A stretch of 64,000 nt of DNA. It comes from an uncultured Gemmatimonadales bacterium (GTDB lineage: Bacteria; Gemmatimonadota; Gemmatimonadetes; Gemmatimonadales; GWC2-71-9). The notes beneath the pieces are model-generated. The model saw only the letters and a program-made list of their open reading frames with translations. It had not been told where the DNA came from and searched no databases. Positions within the stretch are counted from its first letter, which is position 1. Every line of letters begins with the position of its first letter. The DNA lies in assembly GCA_963846435.1 (NCBI GenBank), contig CAWJVX010000007.1, forward strand, positions 393,325-457,324. The letters are read 5' to 3'. The translations under genes and the position numbers were made by a program. This document shows positions 17,709-27,929 of the stretch, in pieces.

Positions 17709-17736
17709 TTGCCTCTCCCACCGACCGCCGTATAAT
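17709..17736 (+). promoter_or_regulatory. candidate sigma70-type promoter (TTGCCT-16 nt-TATAAT)
   Basis: Perfect TATAAT at 17731-17736 with TTGCCT at 17709-17714, in the 79-nt spacer upstream of the epimerase gene. Sequence pattern only. Confidence 0.3.
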
Positions 17737-17779
17737 CCAGCCGGTTCGCCCGGTCTCATCTCTCAGCTTCGAGGACGCC

Positions 17780-18805
17780 TTGCCTCATCCATTGCGGATG
17801 GATGTCGAGCTGCTTCATCTGCAGACCAAGCACCCTTTCATCATCGCGCGGGGGGGGCAGAGCGACTATCGCACCGTCTGGGTCCGCCTGACCGATGGCG
17901 ATGGACAGGAGGGCTGGGGTGAGGCGGCCCCGAGCAAGTTCTACGCGGAAACCGCCGAATCGGTGCTGGCTGCACTCGAAGTCTACCGCACGGCGCTGCC
18001 GGACGACCCACTCAATCTGGAAGAGGCGGAATTGCGCTGGGGTACGATGCTGCGCGGTAACGCCGCCGCACGCGCGGCGCTATCAGCGGCGCTGCACGAC
18101 CTCGCCGGCAAGCGGCTCGACGTTCCGGTTTACCGCATGTGGGGCCTCGACCCCTGCAAGGCACCGCGATCGACCTTCACGATCGGTCTCGACTCACCCG
18201 AGCGGATCCGGGCAAAGGTGCTCGAGGCCGAGCAATATCCGATTCTCAAGGTGAAGCTGGGGACCAACCGGGACATCGAGATCCTGCGGGCCATCCGCGA
18301 CGCGACCGACAAGGAGATCCGGGTGGATGCCAACTGCGGCTGGACCGTAAAGGGCACCATCCGCATGCTCCCGATCCTCGAGGAGTTCGGGGTCACCGTG
18401 CTCGAACAGCCGCTCCCACCCCGCGACCTCGAAGGCCTGGCAGCGGTCACCGCGCAGGCCGAGATCCCGATCATCGCGGACGAGAGCTGCCTCACGGCGG
18501 AGGATATCCCGCCCCTGGTCGGCAAGGTGGACGGGATCAACATCAAGCTCGCCAAGTGTGGCAGCCTGCGCGAGGCGCTCCGCATGATCGCAATCGCCCG
18601 GTCCCACGGGATGATGGTGATGGTGGGGTGCATGATCGAAAGCTCGCTCGGCATCACCGCCGCCGCGCACTTCACGCCTCTGGTCGACATCGTGGACCTC
18701 GACGGTGCCGCGCTCCTCGCGAACGACCCCTTCGTCGGAGCTGGTATCGACGGAGGGCAGGTGACCCTACCCACCGGCCCGGGTCTCGGCGTCAGGCGGC
18801 GATGA
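17780..18805 (+). CDS. dipeptide epimerase (L-Ala-D/L-Glu epimerase type, enolase superfamily)
   Basis: N-terminal capping-domain pattern LQTKHPFIIARG...V.L.DGDGQEGWGEA. Barrel motifs KVKLG, VDANCGW, LEQPL, ADES and NIKL.KCG. TTG 17780 or ATG 17798 start. Confidence 0.85.
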   Translation: MPHPLRMDVELLHLQTKHPFIIARGGQSDYRTVWVRLTDGDGQEGWGEAAPSKFYAETAESVLAALEVYRTALPDDPLNLEEAELRWGTMLRGNAAARAALSAALHDLAGKRLDVPVYRMWGLDPCKAPRSTFTIGLDSPERIRAKVLEAEQYPILKVKLGTNRDIEILRAIRDATDKEIRVDANCGWTVKGTIRMLPILEEFGVTVLEQPLPPRDLEGLAAVTAQAEIPIIADESCLTAEDIPPLVGKVDGINIKLAKCGSLREALRMIAIARSHGMMVMVGCMIESSLGITAAAHFTPLVDIVDLDGAALLANDPFVGAGIDGGQVTLPTGPGLGVRRR

Positions 18806-21217
18806 CCGAGCGCTTTGTCCTGGTCGCTCTGCCACTCCCGCTCGCCACCCCCTACACCTACCGCATTCCCGAGACGCTGGGCGATCGAGTCGTCCCCGGC
18901 GCGCGCGTCGTCGTGCCGGTGCGCCGGCGGGAGCTCATCGGCGTTGTGGTGGCCGTGGACACCGAGCCTCCCGCGGCGGCGGCAAAAGAGGTCCTCGCGG
19001 TGCCCGATCCCGAGCCTGCCTTGTCTCCCGCCCTCCTGGCCACAGCCGAGTGGATGGCGGGATACTACGCGGCGCCACTCGGCCTCACGCTCAAGAGCAT
19101 CCTGCCGGGCGGCATGTGGGGCGAGTCGCAAGTGATCGTCTCGCTGCGGAACGGTTCACACGCTACCGGAGGCGTTGCCGGCGAGGTGCTCGCCTGGCTG
19201 GAGAAGCGGGGTGGGGAGGCCGCTGTCTCCACCGCCGCTCGGGCGCTCAAGCGACCGCTGTGGGATGTGATCGAGCGGCTCAACCGGATCGATGCGGTGT
19301 CGTTGAGAGTTCAGCCCCCCGACACCACCGCCGCCGGACTCACCGAACGGGTGCTCTCTCTGACCGAGGAGAGGCCAACACTGCTCGAGCGGGAAGCGCT
19401 GTTCAAGCGCCGGCCCAAGCAGCAACAGCTCTACGAGACACTGGAGGCACTCGGGGGGAGCGCGCCGCTGCGCCATCTCTCGGACCGGCTCGGCTTCGGC
19501 GACGCGGTGGTGAAAGCGCTCGTGCGAGCGGGGCTGGCACGGCTGGCGCGGTCCGAAGTGCTGCGGGATCCGTTCGCCGGCTCCCCGACTTCGCCGCCAC
19601 CTGCCGTGCTCACTCCCGACCAGTCCACCGCCCTTTCGGCCATCTCAGTGCTCGAGCCTGGGGCAGCGGCGCTGCTATTCGGGGTGACCGGCAGCGGCAA
19701 GACCCTGGTGTATCTCGAAGCGGTGAGGCGGCTACTAGCGGCCGGCCGGGGGGCCATCGTGCTGGTTCCGGAGATCGGTCTCACCCCGCAGACGGTCAGC
19801 CGGTTTCGCGGCGCCTTCGGCGATGAGATTGCGGTGCTCCATAGCGGGCTGTCGGAGGGCGAACGGGCGGATGCCTGGCGACTCCTCCGCCGCGGTGAGC
19901 GCCGGGTGGCAGTGGGCGCCCGCTCGGCGGTATTCGCGCCGGTGGCCAACCTGGGCATGATCGTGATCGACGAAGAGCACGAGGCGAGCTACAAGAATGG
20001 CGAGACGCCGCGCTATAACACCCGGGACGTGGCCGCGGTGCGGGCCCGGCTCGAGGGGGCGCGGCTGATACTGGGAAGTGCGACGCCGTCACTGGAAACC
20101 ATGGTGAGGGCGGAATCGAAGATTCAGCTGCTCCGGCTCCCCCAACGGATCGGGTCCCGTCCGCTTCCGCCGGTCGAAGTGGTCGATCTCCGGCTAGCGC
20201 CGAAGGTGTCGGGTACCGGTCCGGTCGCGTGGTCCGAGGTGCTCGACAAGGCTATCGTCGCCACCCTGGCCCGGGGCGAGCAGGCTCTCCTCCTCCTCAA
20301 CCGCCGCGGCTATGCCGCCTTCCTCCAATGCCCCGATTGCGGCGAAGTGTGGCAGTGCCCCCACTGCAGCATTTCGCTGACCGTGCACCAGGCCCCGGCC
20401 GGGCTGCGCTGTCACTACTGCGGCCACGAGGAGCCGTTGCCGGTCACCTGCCGGGTGTGTGCCCATCCGGTCCAGCAGATGCGAGGGGTGGGGACGCAGC
20501 AGCTCGAGCGGATGCTGGCAGACAGGTATCCGGAGGCGAGGATCGCCAGAATGGATCTGGATACCACCAGCACGAAATGGTCCCACCAGCGGATTCTGGG
20601 GTCGGTGGAATCGGGGGAGATAGATCTGCTGATCGGGACCCAGATGATCGCCAAGGGCCTGGACTTCCCCAATGTGACCCTGGTAGGGGTGGTCGACGCG
20701 GATACGGGACTCTACCTCCCGGACTTTCGATCTGCGGAACGGACCTTTCAGCTACTGGCCCAGGTGGCCGGGCGAGCCGGGCGGGGACCCAAGGGAGGAC
20801 GCGTCCTGGTCCAGACCCGCCATCCCACGCATCACGCGCTCGTGTGGGCGGCGCAGCACGACACTGAAGGATTTCTTCGGCAGGAACGTGAGCTGAGAAG
20901 GGATCCGCCCTACCCTCCGACAACCTCGCTGGTGAATCTGCTGCTGTCCGGGCCCGATGAAGGCGAGGTGGGGCGCCGTGCCGCGGCGGTGGCGGACTGG
21001 TGTACCGCACTCATCGACCGCTACCAGCTCCCGCTCGACGGTGCTGGGGCCGGCCCCGAGCCCATTGGTGCGGATCAAGGATCGCTGGCGATGGCACGTG
21101 CTGCTGAAGGGACCATCCAAGGGGCTGGGAAGGGTGGTGCGCTACGCGGCCCGCAGGCTGCGCCGCGAGGGAAATACCCGGATCGTGATCGATCGGGACC
21201 CGGTCTCCTTGCTTTGA
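18802..21217 (+). CDS. priA: primosomal protein N' (PriA helicase), with an apparent +1 frameshift near 21040
   Basis: ATG 18802 gives MTERFVLVALPLPLATPYTYRIP. Walker A GVTGSGKT, DEEH, and Cys-rich zinc motifs CPDCGEVWQCPHC...CHYCG...CRVC. The conserved C-terminus VLGPAPSPLVRIKDRWRWHVLLK...IVIDRDPVSLL is encoded in the next frame (ORF 20957..21217). Confidence 0.9.
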
Positions 21218-21228
21218 GACCAGCGGAG

Positions 21229-21705
21229 CTACCCGTTAGGCCATGCGCCCAGCGCGCGTCGCACGACGACCAGCTCGCCAAGATGATACGCGGTGTGATC
21301 TGCCACGAGGAGCAGCTCGCGCAGATAGGTCTGGTCTTCCCCGGCCGGAACCTTCTCCAGCAGATCGATGCTTTCATCCAGCGCCAGCCGCTGTAGCGCC
21401 TCACGGTCCTTTCGGAAGGCCGCTACACTGTTGGCCCAGGCACCTGCCGAAGGTGGTGACGGGCTCTTGGGCCAGTAATCGTCGGGCCAATGGAGCTCCT
21501 GGTAGTCGGGGTTGAGGCAGAAATCCAGGATGTCTTTCTGCGTCAGTCGGATGTGCTCGAGCAGCTGCCAGGGCGAGTACGGGAGGCCGTCAGGGACTTG
21601 CCCCTGAAGGGATGGCGGGAGCCCGGCGACGACCTTGTCCAACCCGGCATGCGCGTCTTCCCAATCCAACAGGCGCGCAATGACGGCACGCATGGAATTT
21701 GTCAT
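21229..21705 (-). CDS. DinB-family (DinB_2-like) protein
   Basis: 158 aa. WQLLEHI......D and C-terminal ADHTAYHLGELVVVRRALG match the His-triad four-helix DinB pattern. Confidence 0.7.
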   Translation of the reverse strand: MTNSMRAVIARLLDWEDAHAGLDKVVAGLPPSLQGQVPDGLPYSPWQLLEHIRLTQKDILDFCLNPDYQELHWPDDYWPKSPSPPSAGAWANSVAAFRKDREALQRLALDESIDLLEKVPAGEDQTYLRELLLVADHTAYHLGELVVVRRALGAWPNG

Positions 21706-22332
21706 TCAGGCGCCCTTGGGCACGCCATCGAAAAACTCGACGACTCCTGTCTTGAGGGAATACTCCGCGCCCACGATGAGAAGACCATCGTTCTGGATCA
21801 ATTGCTCGAGCACCTCTGAGCCGTGTCGCAAGTGGTTGGCGGAGGCGCGAATATTGACCCGAACAGCCTGCCTCACCAGTGCCCCCAGATCGTGCCTGAG
21901 CTCGGTTTCCAGCAGCCCCTCGACCGAGGGCCGCACCCGGTCTACGATCGCCCGCAAATTAAGGGACTGGATCTCGGTCGGCCGCTGAAGCTCCTCGAGG
22001 GTTGCCACGATCGCGCCGCAATCGGAATGGCCCAGCACCACCACCAGCCGGGTGCCGAAGCGCTCTGCCGCGAATTCGACGCTGCCGACCTGTGAGGGGG
22101 CAACGATGTTGCCCGCCACCCGGATGACGAACAGATCGCCCAGCCCCTGATCGAACACGATCTCGGCGGGAACCCGCGCATCCGAACAGCCGAGGATGAT
22201 CGCAAAGGGCTGCTGAATGTTGGTCAGTTCCGGCCTGGCCTGGCTCAGGATGGTGTCCGAGCCGCGCACACTGGTGGAAAACCTGAGGTTCCCTTCGCGC
22301 AGGCGCTTGAGTGCTTCGCGGGCTGAGATCAT
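21706..22332 (-). CDS. beta-class carbonic anhydrase
   Basis: GCSDARVP, FVIRVAGN and LGHSDCGA zinc-ligand motifs. 208 aa. Confidence 0.9.
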   Translation of the reverse strand: MISAREALKRLREGNLRFSTSVRGSDTILSQARPELTNIQQPFAIILGCSDARVPAEIVFDQGLGDLFVIRVAGNIVAPSQVGSVEFAAERFGTRLVVVLGHSDCGAIVATLEELQRPTEIQSLNLRAIVDRVRPSVEGLLETELRHDLGALVRQAVRVNIRASANHLRHGSEVLEQLIQNDGLLIVGAEYSLKTGVVEFFDGVPKGA

Positions 22333-22344
22333 CGAGGTCCGGTG

Positions 22345-23901
22345 TCATCGTAGTCGGCCTGACGGGCTTTGGCGTCCCTTAAAGATGCGTTCCTCCTCGC
22401 CGCCCAGCCAGAGATGCAGGGCCGCGTAGGCCCGCCAGGGCCGCCACTGCTCGGCGCGCGCCCGGAGCGCGCCGGGGCTCGAGGCGGCGGTTGCCCGCCG
22501 CAGCAGACCGTCCGAGGCGGGGAATGCATCGGGCCAGTGCATCGCATGCATCACGATCGTGGTCGCGAGCCGTTCTCCGATGCCGCTGATCTCCAGCAAC
22601 GCCCGATGGGCCACGGTGACATCGCTGCCCGGGTCGAGCCGGAGCGTCCCATCGGTGATCGAGCGGGCCACCGACACGATCGCGTCGGCGCGGCGACCCG
22701 GTACGCCGAGGGCAGTGAGGCGCGATACGCCCGCTTCGGCTACTCGCTCTGCCCCCGGTGCCAGCCGGCTGAGCGCGGGAATCCCGGTGGCAAACGGCTC
22801 GCCGAGGCTTGCCACGACCCGCCGCACAAGCTCACGGCTTCCCCCGCCCGAACGCCCGCGCAGCAATGCACGAAGGACGACCTCGAAGCCGTCCACCGCC
22901 CCCGGAATCCGTACCCCGGGTCGGCGTCTGACCAACGACCCGAGCCCGTTGCGCTCGAGCGAGGCATCGATAACCGTGGGCTCCGCGTCGAGGTCGAACA
23001 GGTGCCGGAGACGGGCCAGCAGCGGCATGAGCACCGGCAGCAGGGCAGGTGAGACGTGCACCCGGAGATGCGCCTTCTCGGGCCGGTCTGGATCACGCGC
23101 TGGCAATGCCGCATCCTCCGCGAAGACCAATCCTCTCACCCCATTGAGACGGACGGTTCGGCCGTAGCACCCTCCCTCCACCATCTCCACCCCCGGCATC
23201 GCGTCACGCAGCAGGATCTCGGTGAGCACCCGCCAGGCGAGCGGGGCCCGGTACGCGAGGGTCAGCTGGACGAGCGCCTCGTCCGGCGTCGTCCCCGCGT
23301 CGAGTCCTGCCTCCCCCGCGGGCGGGGACCGCCGCAGCGCGCTCGGACTCAGCCGGTACCGCTCGCGGAACACCGAATTGAAGCGGCGCAGGCTCTGGAA
23401 GCCGCTGGCGAACGCGATCCGCGTCACCGGAAGCGAGGTATCCGCGAGCAGGCGCTTGGCGAGCAGCAGCCGGTGGGTCTGGGCCAACTCGACCGGCGAC
23501 ACACCTAGCTCGCGCTCCAGGGCACGACGGAGGTGGCGATCGCTTACCCCGAGCTCGCGCGCCAACTGCGCGACCCCCCCGCCATTGAGCGCCCCGGCGC
23601 CGATCCGATGCGCGGCCACCTGTGCCAGGCGGGGGACGGCATCGACCAGGGCGCGGCCCGGCGCCAATTCCGGCCGGCAGCGCAGGCAGGGACGGAAACC
23701 AGCTTCCTCGGCGGCGGCGGCCGAATCGAAGAAGCGGCGGCGGTCGCGATAGGAGATTCGCGCGGGACAAACCGGCCGGCAGTAGATCCGGGTCGTAGTA
23801 ATGCCCACGAAGAAGAGACCGTCGAATCGTGCATCGCGCGCGTCGAGGGCGCGATGGCAGACCGCAGGATCGAGGGAGAGGCTTCGCGCGGTCGAGGTCA
23901 T
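22345..23901 (-). CDS. bifunctional Ada-type methylphosphotriester sensor / AraC HTH / AlkA-type DNA-3-methyladenine glycosylase II
   Basis: N-terminal Ada zinc motif FFVGITTTRIYCRPVCPAR, AraC-type HTH (FASGFQSLRRFNSVFRERY), C-terminal HhH-GPD glycosylase region (ISGIGERLATTIVMHAM..PDAFPASD). 518 aa. Confidence 0.85.
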   Translation of the reverse strand: MTSTARSLSLDPAVCHRALDARDARFDGLFFVGITTTRIYCRPVCPARISYRDRRRFFDSAAAAEEAGFRPCLRCRPELAPGRALVDAVPRLAQVAAHRIGAGALNGGGVAQLARELGVSDRHLRRALERELGVSPVELAQTHRLLLAKRLLADTSLPVTRIAFASGFQSLRRFNSVFRERYRLSPSALRRSPPAGEAGLDAGTTPDEALVQLTLAYRAPLAWRVLTEILLRDAMPGVEMVEGGCYGRTVRLNGVRGLVFAEDAALPARDPDRPEKAHLRVHVSPALLPVLMPLLARLRHLFDLDAEPTVIDASLERNGLGSLVRRRPGVRIPGAVDGFEVVLRALLRGRSGGGSRELVRRVVASLGEPFATGIPALSRLAPGAERVAEAGVSRLTALGVPGRRADAIVSVARSITDGTLRLDPGSDVTVAHRALLEISGIGERLATTIVMHAMHWPDAFPASDGLLRRATAASSPGALRARAEQWRPWRAYAALHLWLGGEEERIFKGRQSPSGRLR

Positions 23902-24683
23902 GGGACGGTCACTTCCTTCCCCGGTGTCAGCAGGCGAATCCGCGGATCGGCCCCGAAGGCGGCGGCGACCTCCTCGCGGGTGGCGAACGGTGGTGGGAGC
24001 GACCCGTAGTGCATCGGAATCACGATCTGCGCGTGGAAGTAAGTGCGCGCGACGAAGGCCGCGGTCGCCGGATCCTCGCCGGCGCGACCGCCGCCCGCGG
24101 CGAGCAGGAGTATGGTTGGGTGGAAGAAGCGCTCGATCAGCGCCATGTCGCCGAACGCCCAGGTGTCGCCGGAATGGTAGAGTGTGCGGCCGTCCGAGAA
24201 CCGCAGCACATACCCGAGTGCCCGGCCCGGCTCGACGGAGTGCATGGCGGGGACGGCATGGATCTCCACGTCGCCCACCCGCTGGACGCCGCCGATATTG
24301 ATGCTGAGATAGTGCCCCTCGGCGATTTTCATCTTCTGCAGGTGATCACCGGTGGCCACGACTTGGGCGCCGCTCACGCGGGCGAGGGTGGGCACATCCC
24401 CGTCGTGGTCGCTGTGCGGATGGGTCACCAGAATCGCGTTCGGACGAGTAGCTGGGGCGGCGTAGCGTGCGGTATCCGCGTATGCGGGTGGCACTGCCGG
24501 ATTCCCCGAAATCCAGGGATCGATGAGCACGCGAGTCCCGCCCGGACTCACAATCTCGAACCCGGCTTGTCCCATCCAGGTGAGGCGGATCGGCCCTGGC
24601 GGTGGCTGGGTGGGGCCAGACCAACCGGCCCCGGTTAGCGCGACGCACAGGACCGATGGACCGAGCCAGCCAACACGAGTCAC
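23898..24683 (-). CDS. secreted MBL-fold metallo-hydrolase
   Basis: Signal-like N-terminus, HPHSDHDGD metal motif, later YHSGDT and MHYG. ATGA overlap with the downstream Ada/AlkA gene. Confidence 0.8.
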   Translation of the reverse strand: MTRVGWLGPSVLCVALTGAGWSGPTQPPPGPIRLTWMGQAGFEIVSPGGTRVLIDPWISGNPAVPPAYADTARYAAPATRPNAILVTHPHSDHDGDVPTLARVSGAQVVATGDHLQKMKIAEGHYLSINIGGVQRVGDVEIHAVPAMHSVEPGRALGYVLRFSDGRTLYHSGDTWAFGDMALIERFFHPTILLLAAGGGRAGEDPATAAFVARTYFHAQIVIPMHYGSLPPPFATREEVAAAFGADPRIRLLTPGKEVTVP

Positions 24684-24698
24684 ATCGTCCTCCCCAAT

Positions 24699-24953
24699 TT
24701 ACAGCGTACCTTTCTCGGCCTTGACGAGCTTGGTGTAATAAAGATCGCTGCTGGCGCTTGCCGCGCCATGGCTCGTCGCCGGCTGGAACGGCCGGGCCTG
24801 ATCGGCATCGGCGGCCGGGGCGCCGTGGACCGTGCGACACTGCAGCACGGCGAGCACGGCAAGGAGAACGAAGCCGCCGGCCCACCAGAGACGAGCCGCC
24901 ATCAAGAGGCGGGTAGTCGGATCTGTCGGATCTGGAGGATCGCTACGGGTCAT
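24699..24953 (-). CDS. hypothetical small membrane-anchored protein (84 aa)
   Basis: ATGA overlap with the stop of the upstream HAF-repeat gene. One hydrophobic helix (LWWAGGFVLLAVLAVL). Confidence 0.4.
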   Translation of the reverse strand: MTRSDPPDPTDPTTRLLMAARLWWAGGFVLLAVLAVLQCRTVHGAPAADADQARPFQPATSHGAASASSDLYYTKLVKAEKGTL

Positions 24954-26185
24954 AGCGGGATCGCGACAAAGGCCAGAACCTGCCCGGTGAGGTGATCCCG
25001 CACCCGACCGGTGATTTGACCCGCATCGTTGATATCCTGGGCGGACAGGAGCACGTCGTCCGACTCCGCGACAAGGTCATTGAGATCCATCAGAACGTTG
25101 TTCTCCCAGAGGAAAGCCCGGGGACCCGCCGCGGTTATGCCGAAGGAAATGCCCACCACCTGGCCCTGCGAATTGAGGGCAAAGGCCTCGCTGACAGGAT
25201 CTTTGCCGAACTCGCTGCTGAGCGTGCCGAGATCCACGACCTGGGCTGCGCCGTGGCGCCAGTAGAAAGCACGAGAGATGAAGTCGCCGATCTCATCGCC
25301 GGGCTCGTCCGGATTGGAGAACCCGACCACGTCACCCTGGGCGTTGATGTCCATGGGTGTGTGCCAGCTCGTCCCTCCCAGATTGGGGAGCAGGGTCACT
25401 TTACCGTTCTTCTCCCACAGCACGGCGTGACGAGCGCTGAAGCGTCCCACCGCCTGGTCGCAATCCCCCGAGATACCGACTGCCTGGCCTTCGTCATTGA
25501 TCGCGGTGGCGGCCGAGGTCGCGTCATCGAGGAATGGACTAAGCTCGCGCGCCTTGATCTTGCCGTTGCTCCCATCCTTCGGGTCCCACATGACCGCCCG
25601 GAACTGAAGCTTCTGGGCGCTGTTGGGATCGCAGGTGCCGTCATTCACCGCGGTCTCCGCCCACCCAACCACCAGTCCGTGGTTGTTCACACCGGTGCCG
25701 AAGCTATGATTGCCACCGAGTGTCGGCAGCCCCCGCATGACGTCATTTTCCCACACGAACCCCCGACAGATGAGGTTGGTCGTGTGCGGCAGGAACCCCC
25801 CGAGCTCGCACGCCCAGTCCTCGTCCAGCGGGTCCACGTCGTCAGTGTGGGAAATGCCGACGACCATACCCGCGTTGTTCAGCCCCAGCCACGGCACCGT
25901 GCTGCTCAGCCCGCCGAGCTTCCCGAGATTGGTGATCGTTTGATGGTTCCGCCACAGCACCGCCCGCCGGGAGCCATCGGACAGGTTGGACCAGCCCGCC
26001 ACTCCCCCCTGGTCGTTGATGGCCATGCCCCGACTCTGGGTTCCACCGAGCGAGGGAAGCTTGATGATTTCATACCGGACTTCGGGAGTCAGCTGGGTGA
26101 GTCTCTCGGATGATTGCGTGACCGTTGCTTCGTTGCCGCAACCGTATGTGGTGGCGATCAGGATGGCGCACGAGATGTATCGCAT
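24950..26185 (-). CDS. HAF-repeat extracellular lipoprotein
   Basis: ATG at 26185 with GGAGGA upstream gives MRYISCAILIATTYGC (lipobox). At least six repeats of the LGxLGG..S.a.gIN..GqVVG type (LPSLGGTQSRGMAINDQGGVAGWS, LPTLGGNHSFGTGVNNHGLVVGWA, LPNLGGTSWHTPMDINAQGDVVGFS and others). Confidence 0.75.
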   Translation of the reverse strand: MRYISCAILIATTYGCGNEATVTQSSERLTQLTPEVRYEIIKLPSLGGTQSRGMAINDQGGVAGWSNLSDGSRRAVLWRNHQTITNLGKLGGLSSTVPWLGLNNAGMVVGISHTDDVDPLDEDWACELGGFLPHTTNLICRGFVWENDVMRGLPTLGGNHSFGTGVNNHGLVVGWAETAVNDGTCDPNSAQKLQFRAVMWDPKDGSNGKIKARELSPFLDDATSAATAINDEGQAVGISGDCDQAVGRFSARHAVLWEKNGKVTLLPNLGGTSWHTPMDINAQGDVVGFSNPDEPGDEIGDFISRAFYWRHGAAQVVDLGTLSSEFGKDPVSEAFALNSQGQVVGISFGITAAGPRAFLWENNVLMDLNDLVAESDDVLLSAQDINDAGQITGRVRDHLTGQVLAFVAIPL

Positions 26186-26411
26186 GGAATCCTCCGGTGG
26201 GGGAAACAGAGCGAACGCACCGCCAGGTGGTCGCTCCTTTGATTTCCCCACCATAGAGGGCGGCGGATCCGCACGCGCGCCGCATTCGGACCTGGAAGCA
26301 CCAGCATCCCCCCTCGCCGGATTCGGACCTTGAATAGCGGTAGGAGTGGGTGCTGCCGGAGACCTATGGGAAGATCTTATGGATGAAGCGGGCTTCAGGT
26401 GCGATAGGATT

Positions 26412-26921
26412 TCAATGTCGCAAGGCGACGAACAGGGCAGCGACGGCAATCACGACGCCTAGCGCCATCTTTGCCGCCGCGGCCGCAGCGCGGCCGAGCA
26501 CCGCTCCCCACCCGGCGCCAGCAGCGGCGCCGGTGTGCCGGACCCGAGTGTACTCGAACAGCGCCGCTCCCACGAACGCGCCGATGAAGCCGCCGATGAC
26601 CGACCCGATGAGCGGCACGGGCACACCAACCACAGCCCCAACCAGACCTCCGAGGAGAGCGCCCCAGCCGGCACGGCTCGATCCCCCGTACCGCCGGGTG
26701 AAGCCGAAGCCGAGCCAGGCCTCGACCACCTCGCCCAGGAGGGCCAGTGCGACGGCCAGCCCGATCATGCCGGGACCCAGCGTCTGGAAATCGGTGAGCC
26801 AGCCATAACCCACCATCCCGAGCACCATCACCCACAGACCCGGCAGCCCAAGGGGGATGAGCAATAGCCCGGCGACGCTACTGATGACGAGAATGAGAAT
26901 GGGAGTCTGTATGTCGACCAT
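26412..26921 (-). CDS. DUF456-like integral membrane protein
   Basis: 169 aa, about 4 TM helices, Gly-rich motifs (LGLPGLWVMVLG, GALLGGLVGAVVGVPVPLIGSVIGGFIGAFVGA). Confidence 0.5.
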   Translation of the reverse strand: MVDIQTPILILVISSVAGLLLIPLGLPGLWVMVLGMVGYGWLTDFQTLGPGMIGLAVALALLGEVVEAWLGFGFTRRYGGSSRAGWGALLGGLVGAVVGVPVPLIGSVIGGFIGAFVGAALFEYTRVRHTGAAAGAGWGAVLGRAAAAAAKMALGVVIAVAALFVALRH

Positions 26922-26926
26922 GTTGT

Positions 26927-27868
26927 CTACCGCTCGCTGAGCTCGGCGACGGCGAGGCCGCTCTCGCCGGCGATCGAATACACCAGGTAGGTCCTGCGGT
27001 GCTCCCGAAAGATCGCCGGATCACGCAGCTGCCGGACGCGCCCCGGGGCTTCGTCTGGCCTGGAGACCTCGAGCGGCAGGTCGGCACCCTCGTAGCCACG
27101 CTCGGGGCTCAACACGGTTGCGGGGTTGGAAGACCGCCACCTCGTCCAGTCGGCGCTGAGCTTCACCTCGGACAGCAGAATACGTTCGGGGCGGTCGCCG
27201 ATCCGGGAGTAATAAACCCGAAGGACATTCCCCCGCAGGTCGACGGCCGCGTGCCGCAGGATCCGACCCGAGTCGGCGGCAATGAGAGTCGGCCCGGGCT
27301 CAAATGGGGACCTCATGTCGCGCGAGCGCAGGAGCATGCCGGCCCGGACGAGCGTGTAGTAGTAGTCCCCCCAGCGAAAGATCCGAAAGTACGCGGGGCC
27401 GAGCGCCTGGGTATCGGCGACGAAGTGAAGCCCGTCGGCGGAGGCTGCTCGAAAGGTCTTCTGTTGCCCGATGTTCACATCGCCGCCCGAGACGGCTGGG
27501 CAGTGGAAATACATGAGTATCTCTCGCCGGGCCGAATCCACATGCATGTCGGGGGAGGCAACGTGGTCGTAGCACTTCGGCGCTTCGACGAGCCGGAGAG
27601 TGCCGGGCTCGTGGATCTTCCATGGGCCGCCCACCCGATTCGCGTAGGCAAGACGAATGAACTTGCCGCCATGATGCGCAAAGTAGAGGTAGTAACGGCC
27701 GAGCGGGCGCTCGACCCAGGTTGGCACCTGGATGAGTGAGGGGCCATTGATGTTCTCGCCGAGGGTCGGGCTGGACCTCGGTGTGACGACTGGGTTTTCC
27801 GGGAGCCGCGAGGCTCGCACGGGGTCTCCCAGGAGCGCAAGAAGCGCGAGCATCAGCAGGTTCCGCAC
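26927..27868 (-). CDS. secreted protein, possible five-bladed beta-propeller glycoside-hydrolase-like fold (GH43/GH117-like)
   Basis: Signal peptide MRNLLMLALLALLG. NGPSLIQVP...YYLYFAHHGG..IRLAYA....GPW pattern. Family assignment is tentative. Confidence 0.3.
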   Translation of the reverse strand: MRNLLMLALLALLGDPVRASRLPENPVVTPRSSPTLGENINGPSLIQVPTWVERPLGRYYLYFAHHGGKFIRLAYANRVGGPWKIHEPGTLRLVEAPKCYDHVASPDMHVDSARREILMYFHCPAVSGGDVNIGQQKTFRAASADGLHFVADTQALGPAYFRIFRWGDYYYTLVRAGMLLRSRDMRSPFEPGPTLIAADSGRILRHAAVDLRGNVLRVYYSRIGDRPERILLSEVKLSADWTRWRSSNPATVLSPERGYEGADLPLEVSRPDEAPGRVRQLRDPAIFREHRRTYLVYSIAGESGLAVAELSER

Positions 27869-27929
27869 GCTCCGGTTTCCTCCTAGCGACGTGGGCGCTG
27901 CGGCTACGTGCGCTGCTCAGGCCGCGGCC

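Noticed and set aside
18139-18801. 5' extensions of tracked ORFs into upstream genes (priA ORF from 18139, beta-propeller ORF from 14398, map ORF from 1070, HAF ORF up to 26449, ispG ORF from 60847)
   Set aside because: The extensions overlap the preceding genes in another frame and look non-protein-like. Internal ATGs give family-typical N-termini or signal peptides, often with an SD-like GGAGG.
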